Positions 41,328 through 51,522 of a stretch of 64,000 nucleotides of DNA are shown here, piece after piece (position 1 is the stretch's first letter; each line of letters opens with the position of its first letter). Below the pieces are notes generated by a model. That model saw nothing but the letters and a program-made list of their open reading frames with translations. It was not told the DNA's origin and ran no database searches. The translations under genes were made by a program, and so were the position numbers. This DNA is from Candidatus Xenobia bacterium (GTDB lineage: Bacteria > Vulcanimicrobiota > Xenobia > Xenobiales > QWHO01): assembly GCA_045863235.1 (NCBI GenBank), contig BTUM01000010.1, positions 1 through 64,000 on the forward strand. Reading direction: 5' to 3'.

Positions 41328-41981
41328 TCAGCGGCGGATATTGTAGCCGTTGAAGCTGCCCACCGGGCTCGGGTAGTTGTTGACCATGGAGCCGAGCCCG
41401 CCGGGATACAGGTTGGGATTGTTGCAGTAGTCGCGCACCATCATGGGGTCGAGGCCCATGTTGCGAAGGTCGGAGTCGGTCAGCGTGCGCAGGTAATTGG
41501 GGTCATTCATGTTGGGATTGTTGAGCATCGGGTTGTTGAGCATCCCGGAGCCGGCCATCCCGACGCCGGTGTTCACGCCCGAGGTCGCATAGGAGCTGGC
41601 ATAGGTGCTGGGACCGCCGTAGCCCATTCCGAAGCTGCTCATTCCCGAAAGGCTGGCCTGGCGGGCCAGAGTGCTCAACTGCTCCTGGGTGCGGCGCGAC
41701 TCCTGGGCCACCTCGTCCTGGATGCGGCTGACTTCCTGCTGGGCGCCCATGGCGATGGTGTGGCGGGTCTGCTTGCCCCCCTCGACCATCCGTCCCATCT
41801 GAGCGAAGATCTGCTTGACGTCGTCTCCATCCCAATCGGTGCCCTTGATGCTGGGAGTGAAGGCCTCGTCGACCGGGCACCACCCATCATTGGAGGCAAT
41901 GGCCCGCGACGGCGTCGTGTGCTGCGAGGCCGGGGCTTGAGCTCCATTGAGAAAGTGAGCCGGGATGTTCATGGCTGACAT
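41328..41981 (-). CDS. Hypothetical protein with a Gly/Met/Asn/Ser-rich low-complexity C-terminus
   Basis: 217-aa ORF ending at the terminator; MLNNPMLNNPNMNDPN. Confidence 0.75.
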   Translation of the reverse strand: MSAMNIPAHFLNGAQAPASQHTTPSRAIASNDGWCPVDEAFTPSIKGTDWDGDDVKQIFAQMGRMVEGGKQTRHTIAMGAQQEVSRIQDEVAQESRRTQEQLSTLARQASLSGMSSFGMGYGGPSTYASSYATSGVNTGVGMAGSGMLNNPMLNNPNMNDPNYLRTLTDSDLRNMGLDPMMVRDYCNNPNLYPGGLGSMVNNYPSPVGSFNGYNIRR

Positions 41982-42081
41982 CAGTTTAGCAGATCAAACC
42001 CGAGATCGGAACCCCATTGGTGTTGCCTTTCTGTGTCTCGTTTGCAAAGAGATTGTAAACAGTCAACCATTCAGAAATTTT

Positions 42082-43158
42082 TCAGGGCTGATATCCGGTC
42101 AACTCGGCATAACCACTGCCTCCGCCCACAATGCGCACGGCGCCCTCCCAATAGCGAACCGAGAGCTTCATTTCCTGGTCCTCGAGGTAGGGCTCGAGCT
42201 CGAGGGGGGGGACTCCCCGGGCGGTCAACCGCCAGCGCCGGGGATAGACTTTTCCTCGTTCCAGCACCTCGAGTCGAGCGTCCTCCAGGCGCGTCCAACG
42301 GCCATCCGATTGCACCCTGGTTCCATCCTGGTAGGTCACCTGTCCCTGGCGGTCGCGCAACTGGAAGTACATCACCTCGCTGCCGTCGGCGAGCTGCAGC
42401 CCGAACCAGTCCCAGCCGCTCTCGTTGCGGCTCAGGGCATTGGAGGTCCACTCGTGGTCCATCCAGCTCCAGCCCGCGACGGCCACGCCGTTGACCAGCC
42501 CCCGGGTCTTCAGCCGGGTGCGCGAGACGTAGTAGGAAGCCTGCCCCTCGGCCGTGCCCTTGCGGCTGAAGCCCTGCTCGCCCTGCAGCACCGGCGGCCG
42601 CTCATCAGACAGAGTCAGGTCGAGCGCAATCTGGTCCTGGGAAGCCTGCAGGCGAATGGGATTGAGCCCGCTCGCCTGCCAGCTCCCCAGCCACACCCGC
42701 TCGGGCTCGAAGCCCGCCAACCCCAGGGCCGGGCGGCCAAACTGCTCGAAGCTGGTGAACCGCCCGACGCTCACGTCGGTCACCGCGAAGTGGGCCATGG
42801 CCAGCTGACGGGTGGCCCAGCGGCTTTCTCGAGGCACCTCGCTCGGGCTGAGCGAGCGCCGAAAGAAGGTGAGCTGGTAACCGAAATGGCGGCCATCGGC
42901 GGAATCGAGGTTGCCGGTGTAGTACCACCACTCGCTCTGAAAGTCGGGATGGGGGCCGTGGTCGGAGGGAAACTCCAGCCGGATCGGACGGTCGGCCCGG
43001 GCGAACCCGGCCTGCTGGCTCGGCCCCAGCACCTCGGTGATCTGCATGGTCGCTTCAATCTCGGACCGAGGGGTGGGGCCGCAGGAAGTGGCCAGGACCA
43101 GCAGGAGGATGAGGGCAGCAGTCCCCCGCGTTCCGAGCAGCGGGACTCTAAGAAGCAC
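42082..43158 (-). CDS. AttH/CrtC-like lipocalin-domain lipoprotein
   Basis: LATSC lipobox; [37 protein letters not shown]. Confidence 0.88.
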   Translation of the reverse strand: MLLRVPLLGTRGTAALILLLVLATSCGPTPRSEIEATMQITEVLGPSQQAGFARADRPIRLEFPSDHGPHPDFQSEWWYYTGNLDSADGRHFGYQLTFFRRSLSPSEVPRESRWATRQLAMAHFAVTDVSVGRFTSFEQFGRPALGLAGFEPERVWLGSWQASGLNPIRLQASQDQIALDLTLSDERPPVLQGEQGFSRKGTAEGQASYYVSRTRLKTRGLVNGVAVAGWSWMDHEWTSNALSRNESGWDWFGLQLADGSEVMYFQLRDRQGQVTYQDGTRVQSDGRWTRLEDARLEVLERGKVYPRRWRLTARGVPPLELEPYLEDQEMKLSVRYWEGAVRIVGGGSGYAELTGYQP

Positions 43159-43813
43159 GTTCCACCAGCTGCCCGTCATGCAGGTCGAAGACCCGGTCGG
43201 CCAGGCGCAACAGCTCCTGACTGTGAGTGGCCACCAGCAGCGTCTTGCCCCGCTCGCGGAGCAACTCCCCGAGAAGCCCCAGAACCGACTCGCCGGTCTC
43301 GTCATCCAGGTTTCCGGTGGGCTCGTCGGCCAGAATCAGCTCGGGATCGTGGGCCAGGGCCCGAGCCAGAGCCACCCGCTGCTGCTCGCCCCCGGAGAGG
43401 CGCTCGGGGAAACTGTGGGCCCGATCCGCCAGGCCCACCCGGGCCAACAGCTCCCCGACCGCCTCGAAACCCCGGCTGTGGTTCAGCTCCAGGGGCAGGG
43501 CCACGTTCTCCTCCACGGTCAGGGTGGGGATCAGGTTGAAGAACTGGAACACGAAGCCCACGTGGCGGCGCCGCCACAGGGTGCGAGAGCGGTCATCCAG
43601 CTCGCCCAAACGGGTGCCCAGCACCTCGATCCTCCCCGCGTCCGGGAGGTCGATGCCGCTGACCAGGTTGAGCAGGGTGGACTTGCCCGAGCCGCTCTTG
43701 CCCAGCAAGACCACGAACTGACCGGCTTGCACGCTGAGGCTGGCAGCCTTGAGCACGGGTCGAAGACGCCCCGCCTCGCGATAGCTGCGCGAGACCTCGC
43801 TGAGCAGGATCAC
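43148..43813 (-). CDS. ABC transporter ATP-binding protein (LolD/MacB type)
   Basis: [26 protein letters not shown]. Confidence 0.95.
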   Translation of the reverse strand: MILLSEVSRSYREAGRLRPVLKAASLSVQAGQFVVLLGKSGSGKSTLLNLVSGIDLPDAGRIEVLGTRLGELDDRSRTLWRRRHVGFVFQFFNLIPTLTVEENVALPLELNHSRGFEAVGELLARVGLADRAHSFPERLSGGEQQRVALARALAHDPELILADEPTGNLDDETGESVLGLLGELLRERGKTLLVATHSQELLRLADRVFDLHDGQLVERAS

Positions 43814-44676
43814 GGCTCGGAGGGCCAGCGCACGCGGATCTTCTTGCCGCTCCGAAGGGTGTGGTTCTTGTAGGACCCCGAGAGGGGGAGCGTGGCCTGC
43901 ACCGCCTCCAGCGCCTCCAGCATCAAGGTGATCTCCGCTGCGGTGGGGTCGGAGCGGTCGTGGCGCCGGGTGGAGACCAGCCAGGGGATCAGGCCCGGCT
44001 CGGGCAGAGGCCAGTTGTGCCGCCGAGCCTCGGCCAGCAAGCGCGGCCCGGCTTCCTGCTCGTTGAGAAACGAGAGCGAGAGCAGCGGACTGCGGGCCAG
44101 GGTGGGCTGGTCTTCGCTGAGGGCGGCCACGGCCGCCTGCTTGTTGAGAAACAGAGCCAGCCCACGCTGCAGGTCGGCTCCCCCCATCACCGAGACCCAG
44201 ATGGGCGAGGGGTCAAGGCCCTCCAGGCGGGCCAGCTGCACATCGTCGATCTCGGTCCACAGCTGGCGTTGCCAGAAGTCGGTGGCCGCCAGGCACAGCT
44301 CGGCCACCCGCTCGGGGGTCACCTCGGGGCGACCCAGGTAACCGGGCAGGGTCGCGTCCAGGGCCTGCTCCAGGCTGTCGTAGGCGGCCTCGAGCACGCG
44401 CGCGTCTTCGGGGGCTGGCAGCTTCAGCTCTTTGCGGGGCGAAAGCCAGCGCTCGGGCTGGCCGGCGGTGCCCTGGAGAGGATTGCGGGCAGCCTTCTCC
44501 ATCAGCTCGAGCTCCAGGGCCACGGGGCTGTCGGCCTCGATGGCCTCCACCAGCTTGAGCTGACCGTCCGAGCCCACCCAGACCACCACGTCTATGGGAC
44601 GGCCCTCCACGGTTTGAGAAGAGCGACGCCGGTCGCCCAGCCAGGTCTCGCCGGTCAGGATGGGGAGATCGTCCAC
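43810..44676 (-). CDS. Hypothetical protein
   Basis: 288-aa ORF coupled to the ABC ATPase. Confidence 0.75.
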   Translation of the reverse strand: MDDLPILTGETWLGDRRRSSQTVEGRPIDVVVWVGSDGQLKLVEAIEADSPVALELELMEKAARNPLQGTAGQPERWLSPRKELKLPAPEDARVLEAAYDSLEQALDATLPGYLGRPEVTPERVAELCLAATDFWQRQLWTEIDDVQLARLEGLDPSPIWVSVMGGADLQRGLALFLNKQAAVAALSEDQPTLARSPLLSLSFLNEQEAGPRLLAEARRHNWPLPEPGLIPWLVSTRRHDRSDPTAAEITLMLEALEAVQATLPLSGSYKNHTLRSGKKIRVRWPSEP

Positions 44677-44817
44677 GAGGCTCGCGTTCGACCGGGGGGA
44701 CGCTCACCCTGCCGTCCGAGAGCGAGAGCCATCCACGTGGATGTTGATCAGGATCACTGAAGCCCATCTTCCGTCAGGGATACACTGGGGTTATAATTAA
44801 CCAGGAGGATACACGAC

Positions 44818-45054
44818 GTGGACGCACTCGAACGAAGGCTTCAGCAGCTAGAGTCCCTGCAGTCGGAAGAATTTCGGCTCATCTTGGGCGCCTTCGAGCA
44901 GCAGAAGAAGGCCATGCAGAGCTACGCGGACACCTGGACGGAAATCTACGGTGCTCTGCGTGACATCGTCCGGACTGAGCGCACCGAGACGCGTGAGGAG
45001 ATCCGGCGCATCCACGAGCGTTTGAGCCGCCTGGAGAATCCTCCCGCGGCTTGA
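44818..45054 (+). CDS. Small coiled-coil protein
   Basis: AGGAGG RBS and TATAAT upstream; heptad-like sequence. Confidence 0.7.
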   Translation: MDALERRLQQLESLQSEEFRLILGAFEQQKKAMQSYADTWTEIYGALRDIVRTERTETREEIRRIHERLSRLENPPAA

Positions 45055-45111
45055 GCTTCGTCGCCTTGACCGTGCCGCGACACGTGCCGGGTACGAGCGA
45101 TGCGACGAAGT

Positions 45112-46968
45112 TCAACCCAAGCTGATCAAGAGCGCCTGGGCCTCCACCGTGTCCCCCACGGCAAAGTGGACCTCCTCCACCCGCCCGGCACGAGGCGCGA
45201 GCACGGTGTGCTCCATCTTCATCGCCTCCAGCTTGAGCAGCGCCGCGCCCGCCTCCACCTCGTCTCCCACCGCCACCAGCACCTCCAGCACCTTGCCCGG
45301 CATGGGGGCGTAGAGCGAGCCGGCCGGAGCCGCCGCCGGCTCGGGCTCGGGCAGCTGGGGCAGGCTCTCCAGCCGGGTGGGGCCGCTGACCAGGCTGTGC
45401 ACCCACCAGCTTTCGCCCTGGCGCAGCGCGAGCACGGTCTGGTAGTGCCCGTCCAGCGCCAGCCGCAACTCGGGCAGCTGGTGCTCGAGCAGCTCCAGGC
45501 GATGCTCGCTCTGATCCACCACCAGACGGTAGAGACTTCCCCCGCGAAGAGGCGGGAAGAGCTGCACCTCGCGCACTGCCCCCGAAGGCCCGCGATAGCG
45601 CCGCGGAGGGGCCCCGCCGGGCTGGATGCGCCAGAAGTCGTGCGGGCTCTCCAGCCATTCGGCCAGGGCGGCCGCAGCCAGCACCACTGGCTCCATCTCA
45701 GCCGCCTCCGCCAGAGGGTTGCGAGAGAGCCAGGTCGTGTCCAGCGGACCGGCTTCGAGGGCCCGAACCAGCGAGCGCAGAAGGGTCAGATTGCTGACCA
45801 CACCCAGCAGCACCGTCTGCTCCAGGGCCCGGCCCAGTCGGCGAAGAGCCGTGCCCCGATCGGGTCCATGGGCCACCAGCTTGGCCAGCATCGGATCGTA
45901 GCCGGCGCTCACCTGATCGCCGGTGGCCAGGGCCGTCTCCACCCGCACCCCCGGGCCCGGTTTGAAGAGGAGCACCGGGCCGGTGGCGGGCAGGCCGGTG
46001 CGCGGGTCCTCGGCATAGAGGCGGGCCTCCACGCTGTGCCCCCGCTCCTCGGGAACGGCCGGCAGGCGCTCGCCCATGGCCACCCGCAACTGCCACTCCA
46101 CCAGGTCCAGGCCCAGCACCTCCTCGGTGACCGGATGCTCGACCTGCAATCGCGTGTTCATCTCCAAAAAGTAGAACCCGTCGTCCTCGACCAGGAACTC
46201 CACCGTGCCGGCATTCTGGTAGGCCACCGCCCGGGCCACTCGCAGAGCGGCCTCGTGCAGCTCGTGGCGGCGGGGCAGATCGGGCGCCGGGGCCTCCTCG
46301 ATCACCTTCTGGTGACGACGCTGCAACGAGCAGTCACGGTCGCCCAGGGCCAGCAACTGGCCGTGGGCGTCTCCGAAGACCTGCACCTCGACGTGACGGG
46401 GCTCGAGCAGCGCCCTTTCGACCAGCAGCGCGCCCGAGCCGAAGGCGGCCTCGGCCTCGCGCCGGGCCGAGGCCAGGGAAGCCTCAAGCTCCGAGGCGCT
46501 GCCAATCAGGCGCATTCCCTTGCCTCCCCCGCCGGCGGCCGCCTTCAGCATGAGCGGATATCCCAGGTGTGAGGCCAGCTCCACCGGCCCCCCGGGAAGC
46601 ACCGGAACCCCCTGGGCAGCGGCCAGCTCGCGGGCCGCCCGCTTGTCGCCCATGGCCTCGATGGCCTCGGGGGTGGGGCCCACCCAGGTCAATCGCGCCT
46701 CCTGCACGGCCCGGGCGAAGGCCGCGTTCTCGGCCAGAAATCCGTAGCCGGGGTGGACCGCGTCGCAGCCCGAGCGACGGGCCGCCTCCACCAGGGCCGC
46801 TACGTCAAGGTAGCCCGGCACGGCCACCGCCTGCTCCACTGCCCGCAGGTGTCCCGAGCCCACGTCGTCGGGCGCGAACACCCCCACCGGGCGAATGCCC
46901 AGCTTGAGGCAGGTGCGGGCGATGCGGGCGGCGATCTCGCCCCGGTTGGCGATGAGCAGCGCGTTCAA
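45112..46968 (-). CDS. Acyl-CoA carboxylase biotin carboxylase/BCCP subunit (LiuD/AtuF-like)
   Basis: LIANRGEIA, HPGYGFLAEN, RDCSLQRRHQK, EAMKM. Confidence 0.93.
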   Translation of the reverse strand: MNALLIANRGEIAARIARTCLKLGIRPVGVFAPDDVGSGHLRAVEQAVAVPGYLDVAALVEAARRSGCDAVHPGYGFLAENAAFARAVQEARLTWVGPTPEAIEAMGDKRAARELAAAQGVPVLPGGPVELASHLGYPLMLKAAAGGGGKGMRLIGSASELEASLASARREAEAAFGSGALLVERALLEPRHVEVQVFGDAHGQLLALGDRDCSLQRRHQKVIEEAPAPDLPRRHELHEAALRVARAVAYQNAGTVEFLVEDDGFYFLEMNTRLQVEHPVTEEVLGLDLVEWQLRVAMGERLPAVPEERGHSVEARLYAEDPRTGLPATGPVLLFKPGPGVRVETALATGDQVSAGYDPMLAKLVAHGPDRGTALRRLGRALEQTVLLGVVSNLTLLRSLVRALEAGPLDTTWLSRNPLAEAAEMEPVVLAAAALAEWLESPHDFWRIQPGGAPPRRYRGPSGAVREVQLFPPLRGGSLYRLVVDQSEHRLELLEHQLPELRLALDGHYQTVLALRQGESWWVHSLVSGPTRLESLPQLPEPEPAAAPAGSLYAPMPGKVLEVLVAVGDEVEAGAALLKLEAMKMEHTVLAPRAGRVEEVHFAVGDTVEAQALLISLG

Positions 46969-48119
46969 CGGGGCAGCAGGCCCTCGTACTTGGCGATGAT
47001 GTTGAGCATCACCTCATCGGCGCCGGCTCCGATGCTCAAAAGGCGCGCGTCGCGGTAGTAGCGGGCCATCGGGTATTCCTCGGCGTAGCCCATGCCGCCG
47101 TGGAACTGAACGCAGGTATCGGCCACCTCGCGCACCAGGCGGCCGGCCTTGAGCTTGGCCATGCTCACCTGGCGGGTCATGTCCTCGCCGGCCACCAGCA
47201 GGCGCGTGCAGTGATAGTTGAGCTGGCGCAACGCCTCGAGCTCGGTCAGAAGCTCGCACAGGCGGAAGTAGATCCACTGGTTCTCCACCAGAGGCTTGCC
47301 GAACACCTTGCGCTGCCGGCAGTAATCGATGGTCATCCGGATGGTCTTCTCGGCCGCGGTGACGGCCATCACCGAGCCCACCAGGCGCTCTTTCTGGAAC
47401 TGCTTCATCTGCAGCACGAAGCCGTTGCCCTCGTCGCCGATGCGGTTCTTGACCGGAACGCGGGCGTCCTCGAAGCTCAGCACGGCGGTATCAGAGGAGT
47501 GATTGCCCATCTTCTCGAGCTTGCGGCTCACCTTGAAACCGGGGGTATCGCGCGGCACCACCAGCAATGACATGCCCCGAAAGCCCCCCTCATCGGACGT
47601 GCGGCACAACACCACGATGAAGTCAGCCTGAGTGCCGTTGGTGATCCACATCTTGGAGCCGTTGACCAGGTAATCATCCCCGTCGCGCCGGGCCCGGGTG
47701 GTGATGGCGGCCACGTCCGAGCCGGCGTCCGGCTCGCTGACGGCGATGGCGGCCATCAGCTCGCCCCGGATGGCGGGTGCCAGAAAGCGCTCGCGCAGCT
47801 CGTCGGTGCCGAACTCGGCCAGGGCCGGGGTGGCCATGTCGGTGTGCACCAGGATGCCCATGGGCACGCCCATGCAGTCGGTCCTGGCCATCTCCTCGGC
47901 GAAGACGATGTTGAACCAGTAGTCCAGGCCGGCTCCGCCGTATTCGGGCGGGTAGGAGACGCCCAGCATGCCCAGCGGGCCCATCTTGCTCAGAAGCTCG
48001 CGGCCCGGGAAGATGCGCTCGGCCTCCCAGCGCTCCACATTGGGGTTGATCTCGCTCTCCACGAAGCGCCGCACGGTCTGGCGGAACATCTCGTGCTCGG
48101 GGGTGAACGTCAACTTCAC
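46965..48119 (-). CDS. Acyl-CoA dehydrogenase (AtuD-like)
   Basis: IAVSEPDAGSDVA, NGSKMWITNG, QFHGGMGY, IGAGADEVM. Confidence 0.92.
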   Translation of the reverse strand: MKLTFTPEHEMFRQTVRRFVESEINPNVERWEAERIFPGRELLSKMGPLGMLGVSYPPEYGGAGLDYWFNIVFAEEMARTDCMGVPMGILVHTDMATPALAEFGTDELRERFLAPAIRGELMAAIAVSEPDAGSDVAAITTRARRDGDDYLVNGSKMWITNGTQADFIVVLCRTSDEGGFRGMSLLVVPRDTPGFKVSRKLEKMGNHSSDTAVLSFEDARVPVKNRIGDEGNGFVLQMKQFQKERLVGSVMAVTAAEKTIRMTIDYCRQRKVFGKPLVENQWIYFRLCELLTELEALRQLNYHCTRLLVAGEDMTRQVSMAKLKAGRLVREVADTCVQFHGGMGYAEEYPMARYYRDARLLSIGAGADEVMLNIIAKYEGLLPR

Positions 48120-48363
48120 AGACCTCCGTTCCTGGGCTCAGGTGGCGAAGTTAGCCTCCCCGGGGTCGATCTCCCCCCGAGGATCGATCGGCCAGGTCGA
48201 CCGGCGTGGAACATCAATTCCAGGAGGAGCGAGTTGTCCCCGAGCCTCCGGAGCGATTCCAGGGCATTTCGAATGAATTCCCAGCTGGGCGCAGCAGCAA
48301 TCCTACATGTCAGGCTGACCTGGCCAAAGGAATGCTCTTCAAGAGGTCGAAGGGGGTGGCGCC

Positions 48364-48825
48364 ATGAAGATAATGCCCAGAGCGATTGAGGGTCTGATCG
48401 TAAGTCCCGTCGGGGACGGAGACTCGGTAGTCTTCAATAAACAGCAGAATCGCGTTCACTCTCTGAATGCCGTGGCTGCCAGGGTTCTCTCGGCGTGCGA
48501 CGGGGTCACTCCGATGAGCGACGTTGTGCAAGCTCTGGCACCAGCTTATGGTGACAGTACCGAAGATGTCCTCTGGTTAACGCTCCGGAGGCTGCAGAGC
48601 TCAGGCCTGCTGGCCACTCCCCTGCCAGGCAACGGGCTCTCATCCAGACGCGAGTTCTTGGGCAAATGGGGCAAGATCGCGGCCGCGCTGCCCATCGTGG
48701 CCTCCATCGCCGCTCCGGCGCCGGCGGCCGCCCAGTCAGCTGGATGCGGGTTCTTTGGAGACCCCTGTCCCTGCTGTCCCGGTTTTGGTCTCGCTTGCGT
48801 GGGCGGTATTTGCACTGCCACCTGA
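48364..48825 (+). CDS. PqqD/RRE domain fused to a Tat-like segment and a Cys-rich peptide
   Basis: VHSLNAVAARVLSACDG...LRRLQSSGLL (PqqD-like); SRREFL...APAPAAAQS; tail CGFFGDPCPCCPGFGLACVGGICTAT. Confidence 0.8.
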   Translation: MKIMPRAIEGLIVSPVGDGDSVVFNKQQNRVHSLNAVAARVLSACDGVTPMSDVVQALAPAYGDSTEDVLWLTLRRLQSSGLLATPLPGNGLSSRREFLGKWGKIAAALPIVASIAAPAPAAAQSAGCGFFGDPCPCCPGFGLACVGGICTAT

Positions 48826-49928
48826 GCGTAGCCGGCCGACTCTTTGACCGCTGGCGACCCCTGGCCCCTCTCTGGCGGGCTGCTTACCTGAACGACGAGC
48901 GAGCGATCCAATCGTGGCTCACCTGGCGCGGCAACAATCCTCTGGCCAGCCAACCAGGCTACCTTCCGAGCGTGTTAGGCAACCTCCGCCGACTGGGCTA
49001 CAAGGACGCAGACTTCGGTTTTCTCGAGCATCTCGAAGAAGAATTCTGGTCTCACCTCGAGTTAATCGAGCGCGGAGGCGAGCGAGCCCTGGGCCACCTG
49101 CACCAACAGGGCATCCCTACCCTGCGACTCAAGGGAGCTGCCATGGTGAAGTCCTACTACCGCGAGTCCGGCTCCCGCTGGATGGCCGACTTCGACATCC
49201 TGGTTCCTCGCCACGATGCGGCTCGGGCCCTGGATGCCCTGGCCAGCCAGGGCTGGGTGAGCGACCATGATCTACCCCTTTCCCAGATGCTGACACATCA
49301 CAGTCAGGGTCACCGGCACCCGGACCACCCTGGCTACCGGATCGATCTGCACTGGCATGCCCTGTCCGAATGCCGCTGGCCCGGTTCCGACGAAGCAGTT
49401 TGGAGCCGCAGCCGAGACGGACTGCTCGATCCGGCCGACCATCTGGTGGTACTATGCTGCAATGCCGCCCGGGACAACTCCCGCTCTCCCTGGCTACTGG
49501 ATGCCAGCGCCATTCTGGAGCGGACCGGTGAACAGCTCGACTGGTCGGTGGTGATTTCAGAAAGTCGAGCCCGCCGAGTTGAGATCCCGGTGGCGGCCGC
49601 TCTGGCCTTCCTGGGTAGCGAGCTGGGGCTACCAGTATCCCGGGCCCTGGATGAGGCCCCCTCCGCATGGTGCGACGGGGTTTACTTCTGGAGCCAGATG
49701 CACGCCTCCCCGTTGGCGATGCTGGCTGAAACCTGGTGTGATTTTCTACGCACCGATCGACCGGGCTGGCGATGGTGGAGGATACTCGACTTCCTGCAAG
49801 AGCGATGGGGTGTCAGCGGGCCGCTCCCTCTAGGGGCCGAGCTGCTGCGGCGCGCCCGCAGGCGGCTTGTCCGCAATCGACCGGCCGACTTCCCCTCCAA
49901 AGCAATTCAGAGTGTGGCTTCCGGATGA
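48666..49928 (+). CDS. Nucleotidyltransferase family protein (NTP_transf_5-like); true start probably near 48822
   Basis: LKGAAM..YY...RWMADFDILV, IDLHW, WLLDA motifs. Confidence 0.82.
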   Translation: MGQDRGRAAHRGLHRRSGAGGRPVSWMRVLWRPLSLLSRFWSRLRGRYLHCHLSVAGRLFDRWRPLAPLWRAAYLNDERAIQSWLTWRGNNPLASQPGYLPSVLGNLRRLGYKDADFGFLEHLEEEFWSHLELIERGGERALGHLHQQGIPTLRLKGAAMVKSYYRESGSRWMADFDILVPRHDAARALDALASQGWVSDHDLPLSQMLTHHSQGHRHPDHPGYRIDLHWHALSECRWPGSDEAVWSRSRDGLLDPADHLVVLCCNAARDNSRSPWLLDASAILERTGEQLDWSVVISESRARRVEIPVAAALAFLGSELGLPVSRALDEAPSAWCDGVYFWSQMHASPLAMLAETWCDFLRTDRPGWRWWRILDFLQERWGVSGPLPLGAELLRRARRRLVRNRPADFPSKAIQSVASG

Positions 49929-49982
49929 CCTGGCCATTGTCGCGTGGGGGTCGTCGAAAGCGAGATACCGCTGCCGATTCCT

Positions 49983-50783
49983 TTACAGGCCCAGATATTC
50001 TCGTTCCTCATAAAGACGCATCAGATTGTCAAAAAAGCTGCTCCCCTTGTCCACCATGAGCACCTGGCCGCTGACCCCATCCATCAACCCCGAGCAGAGA
50101 GCCAGGATGACGTTGGCGACCTCCTCGCACGTGATGAACTGGTTGGCGCCGAAGCGGCTGGCGAAGTCCTCGAACTCGGGGCCGAAGGTCGCCCGCAGCG
50201 ACTCGGTGCGCACCAGTCGCGAGCGAACCACGTTGATGCGGATGTCCTCAGCGTGGAGTCGAAAGTTGATGTATCGACAGAGGGTCTCCATGACGGCTTT
50301 GGAGGCGGCCACGAAGTCATAGTTCTTGTAGAAGGCGTCCGGCCCCCCGCTGGACAGACCGACGACGTAACGGGGATAACGGCCGAAGGATGCCTGGATG
50401 GCTCGGGTAATGGCGTACATGGGCCAGGCACTGTAGTGAATGCTCTGGTAGAGGGCGCGCTCCTCATAATCCTCCAGGCCCCTGACGATCAGGGCCACCG
50501 AGACGTTTGAGACAAATGCTTCCACGCCATCGTGCTCGGCTTTCATGCGGGCCAACAGCTCTTTGCTGTCCTCTTCCCGGCCGACATCGGCGCAAACGAT
50601 CCGGGGGGTCGGGAGTCCGGCGTCACGGAACTGTTTGAGGACCTCATCCTCCTCGGCCGTACCCCACTTGTGGGTCAGCCATGCCACCGCGCCCTGTCGG
50701 GCGAAAGCCAGTCCGGTCGCCAGCCCGATGCCCATGGTGGCGCCGGTGATCAGCACCGCCTTCCCGCTGAAGTCATTGATCAA
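49983..50783 (-). CDS. FabI/FabL-type enoyl-ACP reductase (SDR)
   Basis: ITGATMGIG; Y-x6-K motif YDFVAASK. Confidence 0.78.
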   Translation of the reverse strand: MINDFSGKAVLITGATMGIGLATGLAFARQGAVAWLTHKWGTAEEDEVLKQFRDAGLPTPRIVCADVGREEDSKELLARMKAEHDGVEAFVSNVSVALIVRGLEDYEERALYQSIHYSAWPMYAITRAIQASFGRYPRYVVGLSSGGPDAFYKNYDFVAASKAVMETLCRYINFRLHAEDIRINVVRSRLVRTESLRATFGPEFEDFASRFGANQFITCEEVANVILALCSGLMDGVSGQVLMVDKGSSFFDNLMRLYEEREYLGL

Positions 50784-51522
50784 GAGATTCCTCGATTCCG
50801 CTCCGAGCCTCTGGCGAGGCAAAACTCACCCGGTGCATCAGAGACTCGACGGTGTGCGTGCGCTCAAAGGCCTGGCGGCGGGGCAGGGAGAGGGTGCGTT
50901 TGAGGATCTCCAGCGCGCCGCGAGGTTTCTCGGCAAATCGGGCGGCCAGGTCCATGGCCCTTCCCAGCACCTGCTCGCGCGGCAGGATGGCATTGAAGCC
51001 GCTGCGCCCCTCGAACCAGGAGCCCTTCTTCGGCTCGCCTCCGAACAAGAGCTCGCAAGCCAGGGCCGGGGTCATGACGTGGGTGAGCAGTTCGGTGAGG
51101 CCCATTCCCGGAGTGAACCCCATGTTCATGAAACTGGCGCCATAACGGCTCTCCCGGGCGATCAGCAGGATGTCGGCGCAAATTCCCAGCGCCAGCCCTC
51201 CCCCGATGGCGTGCCCTTCCATGGCAGCGATGACGGGCACCGGAAGATCGAGCACCACCTTGGGGAGCACGATGTCGGCTGGAGCCAACCGTCCCCCCAG
51301 CAGTCCCACCAGCACCTCGCGGCTGGCACCCGAGCAGAACACCTCCGGCAGGCCGCTCAGCACGATGACGCGCAGCTCGGGCCACTCCGTGGCCGCCCGC
51401 AGGTTGGCCAGCAGAGCTTCGACAAAGGCCTCGCTCATCGCGTTCTTGCCCGCTTCGTCGCGCATCGCGATCTGGGCGATCCCGCCTTCGTGACGGAGGC
51501 ACTCGATCACCGTTTCTCCCAT
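50773..51522 (-). CDS. ECH2 (PksI-like) decarboxylase of a beta-branching cassette
   Basis: AMEGHAIGGG, YGASFMNMGFTPGMG. Confidence 0.85.
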   Translation of the reverse strand: MGETVIECLRHEGGIAQIAMRDEAGKNAMSEAFVEALLANLRAATEWPELRVIVLSGLPEVFCSGASREVLVGLLGGRLAPADIVLPKVVLDLPVPVIAAMEGHAIGGGLALGICADILLIARESRYGASFMNMGFTPGMGLTELLTHVMTPALACELLFGGEPKKGSWFEGRSGFNAILPREQVLGRAMDLAARFAEKPRGALEILKRTLSLPRRQAFERTHTVESLMHRVSFASPEARSGIEESLDQ

